Shown here in pieces: positions 12,001 to 25,109 of a stretch of 64,000 nucleotides of DNA. How positions within the stretch are numbered: the first letter of the stretch is position 1; each line of letters starts with the position of its first letter. The stretch is from NCBI RefSeq assembly GCF_036321535.1, contig NC_087447.1, forward strand, positions 47,556,001 to 47,620,000, given 5' to 3'. A model generated the notes under the pieces. It saw only the letters and a list, made by a program, of their open reading frames with translations. It was not told the DNA's origin and ran no database searches. The DNA comes from Camelus dromedarius. Taxonomy: Eukaryota. The position numbers and the translations under genes are program-made.

Positions 12001-12919
12001 ACTAGGAAAGTGTGGTGGAACAAATGGGTCCACTTCTCTCCATTCCTGCTCTTACCCACCAGTCCATGCTACCCTCCCCTCTTCCCTGGACCACTGCTCC
12101 AGCCTCCTAATGTCCATTCTGTCACCTTCCATTCATTCTCCACTTAGCTGCCATAATAGTGCTTTAAAAATGCAAAACTGGTCATCTCACTCACTGTCCT
12201 GCTTACAGTCTTACATCACATTTCCCATCACATTTAAGATAAAGAATCAAGTCCTTAACAAGGCACTCGATACATACATATCTGCTGAGTGAACAAAGTC
12301 AAAGGTAGTGAGTGGTTCAAAGAACTGTGTCAAATGCTGATAAAGGGGCCTAGGAAAATAAATTGCAAATATGTACTAGATAAGCATGTAAAAGTTATGA
12401 CCTTGGAAAAGCTGTTCCACAGTGAGGTGGTGCGGTGGAGTTCATGGCAGTGGAGTGAGGGGTGAACAGAGGTGACTATTTGTAAGAGTAGATTCCAAAC
12501 TCTTAAACCTCAACAGGGTATAATATCTTACTATTTCATCTCAGTGCCCCTCAAAGAGGCAAACAGAGGCCTGGAAAATAGGTTCTCTATAAATGCCTGC
12601 TAGAAAAAAAATGCTCTGCTTCACAATTAGACTGCTTTAATACTCACAGAGCTTGCTATAATTTACATACACTTGCATAGCTATCACCTTGCGATCTCAC
12701 CATGGCTCAGTGAGAAGAGTGCCAGTGTGGATTAGACCTTCCAAGATGTGTTCATTTTCACAGCCTTCCTCTTCAAGGCTCTTTTTAACTTCCCAAACCC
12801 ATCTCACACTGGCATGGAGAAAATAAGTACCGACATAGGGGCCATGGAGAAACATTAATTTCTAACTTTCAATTTAGAAGAACTATGCATTCTATAATCC
12901 TTCCAGATAAGAGACTTAC

Positions 12920-13002
12920 AGGCCGCAGTTTGCCGTACGACGTCTCAGGAGTCTGCCTTGGTGCCTGTGAGAGTCCTGGTGATTCGGCATGGAGGCTATT
13001 TT
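12920..13002 (-). CDS. FCHSD2: FCHSD2 coding exon
   Basis: cccttag|AA AAT...CGG CCT|gtaagt; (E)NSLHAESPGLSQAPRQTPETSYGKLRP. Confidence 0.95.
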
Positions 13003-13134
13003 CTAAGGGAGGGAACCACAGAAGCCCATTTTATTTGTGTTGTTGAGCAGTAAAAATGCTAATGCAGATCTGTTTGCACTTCAGGTGAAATAAAATGAAA
13101 GTGTATTTAGACCCATGCCCAAGAGAACCCTTAC

Positions 13135-13264
13135 CATTTGCTGAAGGAGAGCAGGGGAAGTACTGGGAGCTCCTCTTGTCTGGGCTGGGGTAAGGGCTAC
13201 TGGGAGGCTGGTCATAGAGCGGCAGTGGAGGCAGGGAGCCAGGCGGCTTGGGGGAAGGAGAGAT
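13135..13264 (-). CDS. FCHSD2: FCHSD2 coding exon (proline-rich)
   Basis: ctgcag|ATC...AAT G|gtaagg; ISPSPKPPGSLPPLPLYDQPPSSPYPSPDKRSSQYFPCSPSAN. Confidence 0.95.
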
Positions 13265-14240
13265 CTGCAGCAAAGGGAAGAGAGGTTACAAAGTGCTCCT
13301 CTCAGGAAGGAGAGACTAGCTGGCGTCTCTGACTGCTCTTGGCGAAGTACTTTTCTCTGGAGCTAAGTTATGACTATTGAGTTTTTTTTATCAGCCTCAG
13401 TAGAAGCAAATGAGCCTAGAATAACCACCCCGACCCCCAATTTTGTGTTGCATTTAACTTCTTCCTTCCACAGCTCTTATTATACTAATGATTTTTAGTT
13501 TATCTTATACAGTTATCAAGTCAAACTATTCTCTAGAGTTTTACTGAAAATATACCAAATTCAGTCAATTCAGTGAAGAATCAAAAAAAAGGACAAGTTG
13601 TATTTTTGGGTGAAGATAAAATAATTGGCTGAGCTTCTGACTTCCCTAGGTTTTGTGAATGTCATGCTGAGTGATCACACCACCACACAAACAAGATGGG
13701 CAGACATGTTCTTTATGGTCCTGGACCTGCCAGGCCTGCTGTGACAGATCTGAATTAGCAGTTTCCTGTAAAGACAAGTTTTCCTGTGATGAGCTAAGCC
13801 TAGGGCGACATGGGGTTATGGGGCTTTGGCAGGCTCATTAGTTCTCTAAAATGGACTAGTAGGACCTGGGCTGGGCAGGGAGACTCTGACCGTGAGAGAG
13901 AGAAAGAGCAAGCAAATATTTTTACTGCACAAACTAACCACAGAGACAATATATTCCCGCTGGTTTCTTTCTTTCTCTCCACCAAATCATTCTTTTCTAT
14001 GTCATATACAATTCAGTATTTTGACTCACTGGTTCAGAGAACAGAATGTGGGAGAAGTGAGGTGTAGTACAGCTGTTACAGAAAAGCCTGACTGATGAGT
14101 CTCTGCTTCTCAAATTTAGTTTTGCAGAAACCTGGCAACCAAGGATTGGAATGGTGAGGGTGAGGATGAGACTACAGCCCACTTTTGCACGGGTCAAGAG
14201 ACTCCTTGGGAGTCATCTTCTTTAAACATCTTTTAATTCA

Positions 14241-14531
<291 letters not shown>

Positions 14532-14783
14532 TTATTGCAACCCCCCATGCTCACGTGACAACTAAAAGAGCATCATAGAGAATAAGAGTAAAGCTGTAAT
14601 TCTGTACTCACTGAAGATCAACTTTAGGGTTCTACTATACAGGATAAACGTGACCAAATAAAGGAAAACATGTAATACAAAAGGAATAAAGTTGTGCTTT
14701 TTAACCTACTGAAGGCTGACTCCAGGGTAATACAATTTAGGTCAAATGTGACCAAATAAAGAGTGCCTTGTTTCAGTCTTTAC

Positions 14784-14961
14784 CACTGGCATCTCCGTTG
14801 AGGCTGCCTGAAACGAGTTCGGCCTCCGTGGAATTGCTGGATGTGTGTGACCGACTGTCCAAAGCAGCCAAGGACTGTAGCATGCTCAGTAGACTGTTCG
14901 AGGTGGGAAACTGTAGGTACTTTTCTGGCACATAACCCACTTGGCCAACTTTATTTCGAGC
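14784..14961 (-). CDS. FCHSD2: FCHSD2 coding exon (end of first SH3 plus linker)
   Basis: tttactcag|GCT CGA...AGT G|gtaaag; ARNKVGQVGYVPEKYLQFPTSNSLLSMLQSL...SLNGDAS. Confidence 0.96.
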
Positions 14962-15080
14962 CTGAGTAAAAGACATGTGACAAAACAGGTTTGCACACAC
15001 AATTTGGACAGGGCACAACATGAACCAAAACAAACTCCTAAAAAGTCACAAGAAGGGGCGATATGAGCAAAGGAATATAC

Positions 15081-15164
15081 CTTTACCCAGTCTTCCATAT
15101 CTCCATCTTCAATCACTTCTAACACCTCATGCTCCTCAATGGTCAACTCATCTGGTTGAGAAGC
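15081..15164 (-). CDS. FCHSD2: FCHSD2 coding exon (first SH3)
   Basis: ttgcag|GCT...GTA AAG|gtatat; ASQPDELTIEEHEVLEVIEDGDMEDWVK. Confidence 0.96.
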
Positions 15165-16964
15165 CTGCAATGTAGGATGGTCATGGACAAAATTAAAAAG
15201 GTTAGATAAAGAGCAGATGTGAACTGATCATAACAAAAACTGGGGATCAAAATATTGAAATGATTTTGAAAAACGTATTGAACATAAAAATTTAAGTGTT
15301 GTAAAACTATCATAATGAGGTGAAGTTTTACTTTAAAAAAACTAAACAAAATAAAGCCACAACAAAAACTGGAGAAACGGAATCCTCAAGAGGCAATCAG
15401 GTTCAGTGAACACAGCACTCTGCTGGAAGTAGAGGACTTGGGTTCTAGCTCCAGCTTATGTATCTACTGGTAAGTTATTCAACTTCTTGATGTCTCCATT
15501 TCTTCAAAATGACAATCCTGCCATTCTCAGGAGGATGAGGGAGTCAATGGGGGATGAATATGGACAGAATCAATGATTTGGGAAGCACAGGCAAAGGAGA
15601 AAGCACTGGATTAGAACTGTACAAGAGGGCTACCATGGAAGTGCGTGCTGTGAAAATGCAAAGAGCTATGTACATGGACTGGATGATAGCTTTAAGCAGC
15701 GCCTAGACCTGGTCTGGAATCACTGTAAAACAGTGGCCAAGAGAAGGAAGTTGTAGGAGGAGAAATGATTGAGATTGGTCAAAGTTTGGAATTACTATGC
15801 TCCAACTTAACTGTGGAGACTGGGCTGATCCCCTTGGGTGCTTCTGCACAAGTCACTAATTGTGATGGTTTTTTTCTCCCTGACAGCAGGAGTCCACGAG
15901 CACAAGCCACCCAAATATTGCCCCTGAGACTGTAGAATCTGAAATCAGACTCTCAGGGCTCTGTAAAGGGACTGGAGTGAGAGACTATGTTGCTTTGTTT
16001 CCTAAAGAGACTTGCCTGTCATGTGTAACAGGGAGGGGCCTGGAGGCATCTTCTGGCTCTCCAGTGAACAGTCTTAAAAGCTTTTCCCAAGTCCCAAAAT
16101 CAGTTAAAACTGTCAGACCATATAGTTTTTCATATCTCTCAAAGTGTAAAATATCTCCAAGTTACACAAGCGAAAATAAGGCAAGAAAATGGGTCACTTT
16201 CCTCCCACTTCATGTTCATTTTATCAAACCCAGATTCTGCATATTGCTGTAATAGCTGCTTGAGACAGAAAAATAGTATTGAAAATGGCTGACCAATCAC
16301 AGAAATACTCCAGGATCAGAATTTTAAGTAGTTACATCTGATCTCAAAATATGAGAAAAAGAAAGCTCATTGATTCTTGATAGCTTTTCCAACAGAATTT
16401 CTTTGCTAATCAGAAATATTATGCCTTGAATATACCAGCAAAACACACCTATAAACAAAAATGTTTTTCCTAATTCAATGGTAAAATTTAAGAAGTATCA
16501 ACATAACCAGATTTCAATGTGTGTGAGACCAAAGCAGGAGGGTGAAGAACAACTTTTAAAATATATTGCTGCCCTTGTAAAAAAAAGTCATAGAGGTCTG
16601 TGCAAGTTGTCCATCATTGTTTTATAAGCAGACACTAGCTTGATCATACCATCCCTAGCAGTGACCAATACTTCCACTTGACAAGGTCAAGTTCTTTGCA
16701 TAGCACTCAAGACCCTAAAGAGTCTGGACCCTGTGGTCTCTTGATGCTTTGGCCCCAGCATACTATTCCCTATTCTCTGAATATACCATGTTCTTTCTTG
16801 CCTTTATACTTTTACCAGGCTGTTCCTTCCATCCAGCAGGCCCTGGTCCCTCTTTTCCATCTGATGAATGGATTTAGATTACTGTGGATTCAAGTCCAGC
16901 TTCAGTCTGTTTCTATGGGCAAGGGACCATTAAGACCTCTCACAGCCTCAGTTTTCTTTTTGAT

Positions 16965-17095
16965 TCCTATTAGAATGTAAGCTCTGTGAGGGCAGAGATT
17001 TTTGTCTGTGTTGATCAATGCTACATCCCCGAGGCTAGAAAAGAGCACAGCATGGTATATGGAAGATACTCAAATAATATTTGTTGAATTAATAG
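16965..17095 (+). mobile_element. L2 3' end
   Basis: tagaatgtaagctctgtgagggcagagatttttgtctg...atatttgttgaat. Confidence 0.75.
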
Positions 17096-19149
17096 GTTGG
17101 TTGATAGTATCTTCCTTATAGGGTTATTGAAGGGATTAGAAAGAAAAATATGTATGTATATACTTATGATACCAGGCACAAAGGACTTACTAAATGGTAG
17201 CCATTATTATTACTCATGATTTGAGGCCCAGCGCATATGTTTTCCAAGACCACCTACGATGAGTTGGTTGCTTTTTCCTCCTTTTGTTTTTGTAAGACTT
17301 TGTGCATCCCTCTAACACTGACTACCTTGGTACTCTAGTTAGTTTTTTATAGTTGTGGGCTTCCTACTAGAATGACTTACTTAAGGCATGGAATGTAATT
17401 CTCACTTACACCAACTAAAGACAGCAAGTGGTCAGTAAATGGTTATGAAATAAACCCATGGTCTCACACTACCTCCTGAAGTCCTAATGCCCAGTGACAG
17501 AACTTCAGAAGCAGCCAGGTCCTCCATTCCCACCACCATCTCTCTAAATTTCCTATTTTCTTTTAAAATAATATATTTCTCCTGATTATAAAAGTAATAC
17601 ATGTTCATTGTAGAAAAGTTAGAAATACATAACTGAGGTCTTAAGATACATACAGTTTGGTGTCTTACTTTTTTGACATATTTCTTCTTATATAAAAAAC
17701 TCACTAATGTAATTTTCAATTATCTTTGTAATATTTTATGTTATGGTTACATTATACAAACGGTTAACTGATTTAACTATTTCCTTATTGGATTGCCAAC
17801 TTTGAACTATTATAAAGTAAGTACTATGATTAAAGACCATTTTGTATCCAGAATGTTTTTCTACATTGTGGGTCACTTTCTTAGGATATATGCTAGGTAG
17901 GATCAAAGTTATGAGCATTTTTAAGGCTTTTGACTCCAATTCTTAAATTTGGCTTTTTTTTTTTTCTCACCAGATTAACTCAGGCCTTCTTTGCTGGTTG
18001 GACTACAGGAATAACAATTAAGCTTATAGTTAGTCTTATTAGTTAGGCTCAATTCTAATCTGTCTTGTAGGGCACCTATACCATGACCAGGGTTACCTTC
18101 TTTAAAAACCCAGTCTGATTTTAGGACATCCAATGGCTTCTCTCAGCAAGGATAAAAGCCAAGCATCAGTCTGGTCTACAAGGCCCTTTACTATCTGGCA
18201 TGTTTCTTCCAGCTGCTCTATTCCCCACACTACATGCTCACACACCACTGAGTTTAATGTTTCCTGAGTATCCTATTATCTCATTAAACTGTGTGTCTCT
18301 GTATCTGCTGTTCTCTTTGCTTAGAAGGCTCTTTTCCTACCCCATCTTACCACTGCATCAAGAAAGGTCTTATTCATAACTTAACTGAAATGCTACTTCA
18401 TCTGTAAAATTTCTCCTAATCATCATAGGAAGAATTAGCAGTTTTACCTTTATTATAAATGTTTTCAAATATATTCTATTTTTCAATTTAATATTTACTC
18501 CCTGCAGACTATCCATTCCTGAGAGGCAGGAGTGGTGTCACGTTCATTCTTGCATCCCCCAAACTTATCACATATTGGGCACTCGATAAATGTTCAATGG
18601 TTAACTGATTAAAAAAATTTTACAGTCTGTTTTACCATATGGATATGCCTAGGATATGCCAACAGAGGGGATGTCAGATGAATGTTAGCTGTTTATAATC
18701 ACTCAGACACTTACAACCCTCTCCATTTAAGGACCTTAAATTTTAATTCTGGAACTTCAAAGTAAATATAATATTGAGAGGGAAGATGGGGAAATACTCC
18801 CAACACTAGTTTTATAATATTCTAAAACACCTTTCCAAGAATCTCAGAGGTGACTTCAAATTTTCAAAAGATTATCTAAACAGTTTACACTGGAAAAAAA
18901 ACAACCCAACCCTTTTAGAAAAGAGGGCGTATTATTAACTTAAATATATAATGAAAGGATGTTAAACTATAAAAAAGTCTGGTAATCACTGATACTGAGG
19001 AGTAAATACTGCCAGCCTGTAGCTACCTAGGGATGGTGGTGGTAGAAGTGAGACTGTCCCATGTATGACTGTTTTAGATTCTCTCCAGACCCTTCTTCTG
19101 TTGTTGTCCCTTAAGCATTGAGTCTCCAATAGCATGGCAGCCAAAAGAG

Positions 19150-19965
19150 GATTCATTTGTTCATGTCCTAATTATCTCTTGAGGACCTACTACGTGCTGG
19201 GTACTGTCCTGGGTGCTGAAGACACACAGACAAGGCTTCTGCCTTCATGGACCTTTAGTAGCAAGTTAGACAAAGAAATATGAAAACAAATAAGATTAAG
19301 TTTGGCTGGTGATAACTGCTATATAGCAAATAAATGACGGCAAGAGGGCAGTGAGATAGAGTAGTGACTGAGGAGTGGGTTATGTATTTAGGAGATCAGG
19401 GGAGACCTGAAGCAGCACTATTTGAGCTGAGCCTATATGAAGAGCAGTGGGCAGCCAACCAAGATCCAGGAGAAAACAGTTCTAGGTAGGAGAGCAACAA
19501 GTGCAAAGCTGTCAAGTCAGGAAGGAGCATGGTGCTTCTGAAGACTGAAAGGCAGCTAGAGTGGCTAATGTGTAGTGAGTGGGTTGGGCAGCAGTTGGGT
19601 GGGTTGGTCTGACATGAAGCTAGGGACACTGGCAGGGGCCAGATCAATCTGGACATTGTAGACCCTAGTGAAGTGTTTGTTCTTCTATATGTGATGGAAA
19701 ATTTATAAAGGGTTTTAAGCAGGGGAACAAAATAATATCCTTTATATGTTAAAGACAATTCTGGCTGCAGAGTGGAATGTGGACTGTTGGTAGACGAGTA
19801 TGAAGAAGGGATACCAATTATGAGTTTTTTTTCTTTCACAGTAATTAAAGCAATGGCCTAGACCAAGGTGATGAAACGTCAATGGATTTAGGATATGTTT
19901 TGGAGGTGGATTCAATAGGACTGGCTACTGACTGGATAAAGGGAGTGAGCAAAAGAGAGAAGCTG
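19150..19965 (-). mobile_element. L2 LINE fragment
   Basis: Begins with the reverse L2 3' end (attcatttgttcat...cctactacgtgctgggtactgtcctgggtgctg) and continues with L2 body motifs. Confidence 0.75.
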
Positions 19966-20249
19966 GGTAATTAAAACTCAGTTTACTTTGTACAAGTGAA
20001 AAGTTACTGTGAAAGCGGGGCAGGGGTGAGAGAGGATAAGAACTATTATACCAAATCAAGTTTGGAAGTCAGGAATCTATCCAGGTTTCTGCTTAACATG
20101 GAAACAAGAGGTGGTTATATTAAGATTAGGAAAGGTAAAGTTTAACAAAACTGCTTAGTAAAACAATTTTCTTTTAATATCAACTTTGAGAATTATTCCA
20201 GTGGAGGGTCTTGTGCACCAAGAAGGCAATTGATAAGGATAAGAGTTCT

Positions 20250-20480
20250 ATTTACATAAAATTTACTAGATGCCAGGTACTGTGCTAACTGTTTTGCTAT
20301 AAAAGTGTTATCTCATTTAGTCTTCAATCTAGCCCTACAATATTATCCTCATAATATAGATAAGAAAACTGAGGCTCACAGAGACCAAGGGACCCAGCAT
20401 TGTCATATACCTTGCAAGTGGCAGAGACAGGATTTTAACTGAGGCAGTCTGATGTCAGAGCCTAGACTCTACCATTATGT
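20250..20480 (-). mobile_element. MIR SINE
   Basis: atagataagaaaactgaggctcacagag...gtggcagagacaggatttt. Confidence 0.75.
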
Positions 20481-20612
20481 TATGTTGCCTCTAATATGAA
20501 CTGAACACCAATTTTATGTTAAGCACATTAGAAGAGGCCAGGTAGATACAGTTACATGTATCTTAAGAATTGTCACAATTTAATATGAAAAATATGTTAA
20601 ATAAATACAAAC

Positions 20613-20747
20613 CTTATAGGAATAAACAACTTTGCAGGTGAGTGGATAATTTCTTAAGGTGCCAGAAGGGCTGGAACTGCTGTCATCAAAAACATCCATG
20701 TTGTCTTCAAACTCTTCTCCTTCTTCTCTTTCAGTATCTGCATTAAG
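20613..20747 (-). CDS. FCHSD2: FCHSD2 coding exon (acidic linker, start of first SH3)
   Basis: ttttcctag|CTT AAT...TAT AAG|gtttgt; LNADTEREEGEEFEDNMDVFDDSSSSPSGTLRNYPLTCKVVYSYK (missed by the ORF track). Confidence 0.96.
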
Positions 20748-21384
20748 CTAGGAAAAATCAGAAGCCATTCGCTAGGTTACTTACTTCAACAAAATGGATG
20801 AAAGCAGGAAAAACACTTAAAGCCTGATTTTTTTCAAAATTTTAATTTACTTATTCAGCTGGACACAGAAATAAGTATCTGTTCTCATTTGCATTTCTCA
20901 TGTTACGAAAGGACAGAATTTTTTTTCTTTTTAAAACCAAGAGTAAAATGTCTTTCAAATATATAAGAAATATTTATCAGTATCCTTTCACTCTTCACTG
21001 TTAAATACTAATAAAGGCCTCTTACCATTTTAAACTGACCATATAAAAAAATACTAAAAAGATTTCTAAATGCTACCAATGACGTGGAAAAACAGGCTTT
21101 CATCTATGGCTGGTAGAAATGTAAACTGATATATCCTTAAAAAAAATCCTGCCTACTGAAATTAAAAACTAAATATAACACTTCGTCTAGCAACTTCACT
21201 TTTGTGAATCTATTATAAAGAAATAAAAGCACTAGGATCGTTAAAACTACATATTCTGAGATGTTTACTGCAACACTGCTTGTAGTGGCAAAAGCCTGGA
21301 CATAACCTATATCTCCATCAATAGAGGAATATTTGAATAAACTATGATGTGTTCATATTATAGATAAATGACATCTATTAAAAA

Positions 21385-22892
21385 TGAGTTGGGAAATAGA
21401 AAGCCCAGAAATAAATCCTCACATATATAGTTACATGATTTTTGACAAGAGTCCCAAGACTATTCAATGGGGAAAGGACAGTCTTTTCAACAAATGGTAC
21501 TGGGTAAAGTGGATATCCACACGTAAAAGAGTGAAGTTAGGCTCTTATCTTACAAAAATTAACTCAAATGGATCAAAGACCTAAACGTAAAAGCTAAAAC
21601 CATAAAACTTTTAGAAGAATACATGGGGGAAAAGCTTCATGACACCAAATTTGTCAATGATTTCTTGAATACACACCAAAAGGATAGGCAATGAAAGAAA
21701 AAAAAGACAAATTGCACCACATCAAAATAAAAACTTTTGTGCATCAAAGGACAACAGAGTAAGAAGGCAACCCAATTTATCATGTCTGATAAGGGATTAA
21801 TATCCAGAATATATAAAGACTGCCTAAATCTCAAGAACAAAAAACAATCCAATTCAAAAATGGAGAAAGGACTCGAAAGACATTTCTTCAAAGAAGATAC
21901 ACAAATGGCCAATAAGCACATGAAAAGATGCTCAACATCACTAATCATTAGGGCAACACAAATCAAAACCATAATGAGATACCATTTCACACGCATCAGA
22001 ATGGTTATTATAAAAAAAAAAAAAACAGGAAGCAAGTATTGGCAAGGATGTGGAGAAACTGGAACACTTGTTGCACTGCTGGCAGAAATGTAAAATGGTG
22101 CAGTCACTTTGGAAAACGGTATGGTGGTTCCTCAAAAAGTTTAACATAGAATTACCATATAATCCGGCAATTTCACTTCTTTTCTTTCCATTTCTATTCT
22201 ATTCTTTCAATTCTTCTTCCTAAAAGGTTCTGAAAGCAGGGACCTGAACAGACATTTGTACACCAATGTTCACAGCAGCATTATTCACAATAGCTGTAAG
22301 GTGGAAGCAACCTAAGCATCCATTGAAACAAGTGGATGAGCAAAATGTGGTATATACATAAAACAGAAAATTATTCAGCCTTGGGGGAGGGTATAGCTCA
22401 GTGGAAGAGTTCATGCTAGCATGCATGAGGTCCTGGGTTCAACCCCCTAAGTACCTCTGCTTAAATAAATAAATAAACAAATAAATCCATCTAATCCCCA
22501 CCCCAACCCAAACAGAATATTATTTAGCCTTGAAAAGGAAGCACATATTGGCACATGATACAGTATGGATAAACCTTGAGGACATTCATGTTAAGTGAAA
22601 TAAGCCAATCACAAAAAGATAAATACTGTATGATTTTACTTATATGAGGTACCTAGAGTCAAATTTACAGTCAGAAAGTAGAATGTTGGTTGCCAGGGAT
22701 TTGGGGGGTTGGGAGAATGGGGAGTTTTTATTTGACTGGTACAGAGTTTTACTTCTGCAAGATGAAAAGAGCTCTGGAGATAGATGATGGTTATGGTTGC
22801 ACAACAATGTGAATGTACTGAATGCCACTGAACTATATATTTAAAAATGGTTTAAATGGTAAATTTTATGTTACGTATATTTTGCCACAAAA
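21385..22892 (+). mobile_element. 5'-truncated L1 (L1MB-like), ORF2 C-terminus plus 3'UTR
   Basis: ORF2 remnants ([11 protein letters not shown]...FDK...[31 protein letters not shown]), old-type 3' end; interrupted by a SINE. Confidence 0.9.
22384..22510 (+). mobile_element. tRNA-Ala-derived SINE (camelid vic-1-like)
   Basis: ggggagggtatagctcagtgg...gcatgcatgaggtcctgggttcaa, A-rich tail; 22-bp TSD aacagaa[a/t]attatt[c/t]agccttg at 22362-22383 and 22511-22532. Confidence 0.85.
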
Positions 22893-25109
22893 AAGGGGCA
22901 CAATTCTTTTTGAAAGGGAGCACAAAGGAAATAATTTAACTCAGTTTCAATGTATATTATCCACTATAGCTAAAACATACATATTAATTAAAATGATATT
23001 AAGTGTAAAAGTGTATTTACCTAGAGTACTGTCCATGATATTAAAACACAAATAATATCTATATGAGCATAAACATCTGACAGAGGGAGGCAGAGTAAGA
23101 AGAATAAAGACTGGAGAATACAGGCAATCAACTTGTTTTTTATATACCTTTGTACTATCTGAACTATTAGTATAAGCATGTTTTATGTTTTAAACTAAAA
23201 ACCAATAAAGAAGAAACAAAACAGACTCAAAGGTTTCTTTGTTTCTAGCTACATATAAATACTTAGTTGGCTACTTATCCCCATGTTAAAATGGACAAAG
23301 GCACTAATGTTTACAAATTAAGGATATGAGGAATGGACAGTCAGAATTGGGCCTCACAGTAGAACAATTAATTAAAATATCAAATACCTACTACATGCTG
23401 AACACCACACTAGGATCTTAGATATGAAATGAAGGACAATGTCTGCTTTGCAGGAGTTCACAATCTAGAGTGGAAAATGAGCACAATCAAATGCTAAGGG
23501 CACAGAGGGCTCTGTGAATATGGAAAGTGTAAATCGAGAAGAAGTTCATAGAAGAGTTCCCGGGATTCAATGAGTCAAAAAGTATAGGATGCCTATGTTG
23601 TTAAATTCTACTTTTTAATGAGCTAAAGTGATTTCTCTTGAGTAATTATCACTAACGTTTTAAAATTGACTCTTTAACTGCTATTTCCCTAATAAAATTC
23701 TATAGAATTGGGGGTAGGAGAGGTTTCCAGGAGAATAAATAGTACGTACTTCCTATCACATTTATTGCCTCCATTTCAAAGCCCCTTTAATATTCTCATT
23801 TATAACTATAATTGAAAATTCTCCCCAGCTGAGTGAGGTAATCACGTGCCTCATCTTATAAATAATTCATGTCTGGTCAGGCAGATCGATGACAAAACAG
23901 AGTCAAATCTTGACCTTTCAAATCATCTCAGGCTTATGATTCTACTGTTTTCCAGCAGGGCATTGTGTCATATAAAAGATGAGGATCACACAGGAAATTG
24001 CCATAAAACTTACTTTAAACGTATTTTTATATACTTGGAAGACATTGCTTTTATATTCTAGTAAAGATTATAGACATTAAAAAAACTATAGGCATTACGA
24101 GAAACAAAACAAAACACCCATACATCTATAAAAACTAAAATTAAAGCTAATGTGGGTAGAACAAGTTCCAAAAATACAGTATAAGGAATGTTAATATGTA
24201 CTGTGTTTTGGCACTGGGAATCAATCCAAAACATTTTATATTGGCAATGCTGTTTGATACTAAACATCCCTTTCTTTCTCCTTTATTTTCAGTTCATTTT
24301 TTGATTATCACAGAAGGGAATGAAAGATTGCAGTGACAGCAATAAGGGTCACTGTCACATGCTCTTGCATTGCTCATGCACAGCTTTGCAAAGCATGTCA
24401 TTTCAGAACAATTTCTTCTTTTTTCCTCTTCCACCCTCGTAACTTAACTGTTGCAATGTTTTCTTGACCCAGCATTTCTAAAATCACATTCTTCCTGTTT
24501 CTTAACAACTGCTCACTTATCCCTTTTCCTTCCTGTCACCTGATAGAACTTTAGTTAAAACTACTCTTTCTAGCTGTACTAACATTTTTCCTTTCTTAGA
24601 TGTAAACTGCTTACTCTTATTGCAAGGACAGATAAGCAGAACCTTCCTGAGTTGGTTTTAGTAGCCGTCCCCTTGTACTCAGCAAAATTACCTCTGAAGG
24701 GCTTCATCAGCTTTATGGTCCTTGGATCCAACAGACTTGGGTCTGAATGCTGACGATGACATTTACTTGCTATATGGCTTTGGGAAAATTATTTAACTTC
24801 CCAATTTCAATTACCTCTTTACCTCTTACTTCTTAACAAAGTCATGATAAGGATTAAGTGAGGTAACATATTTAAACCCCTAATACATGCTTGGTACATA
24901 GGAGGTACTTAATATATTCTTGTTTTTATGAGGAAAGGAGAATCTAGATTAAAAAACCTGGTGAAATCCAACAAAGAGGAAGGCAGCTCCCTATAACTGG
25001 GTAGCAGAAACTCTGAATTCCATCTAGACAGAGAAGCGATCACAGTGTATATCATTCCAAATACAACACAAGTATATTATAAAAGATGATGCTGAAAATA
25101 TCAGCAAAG

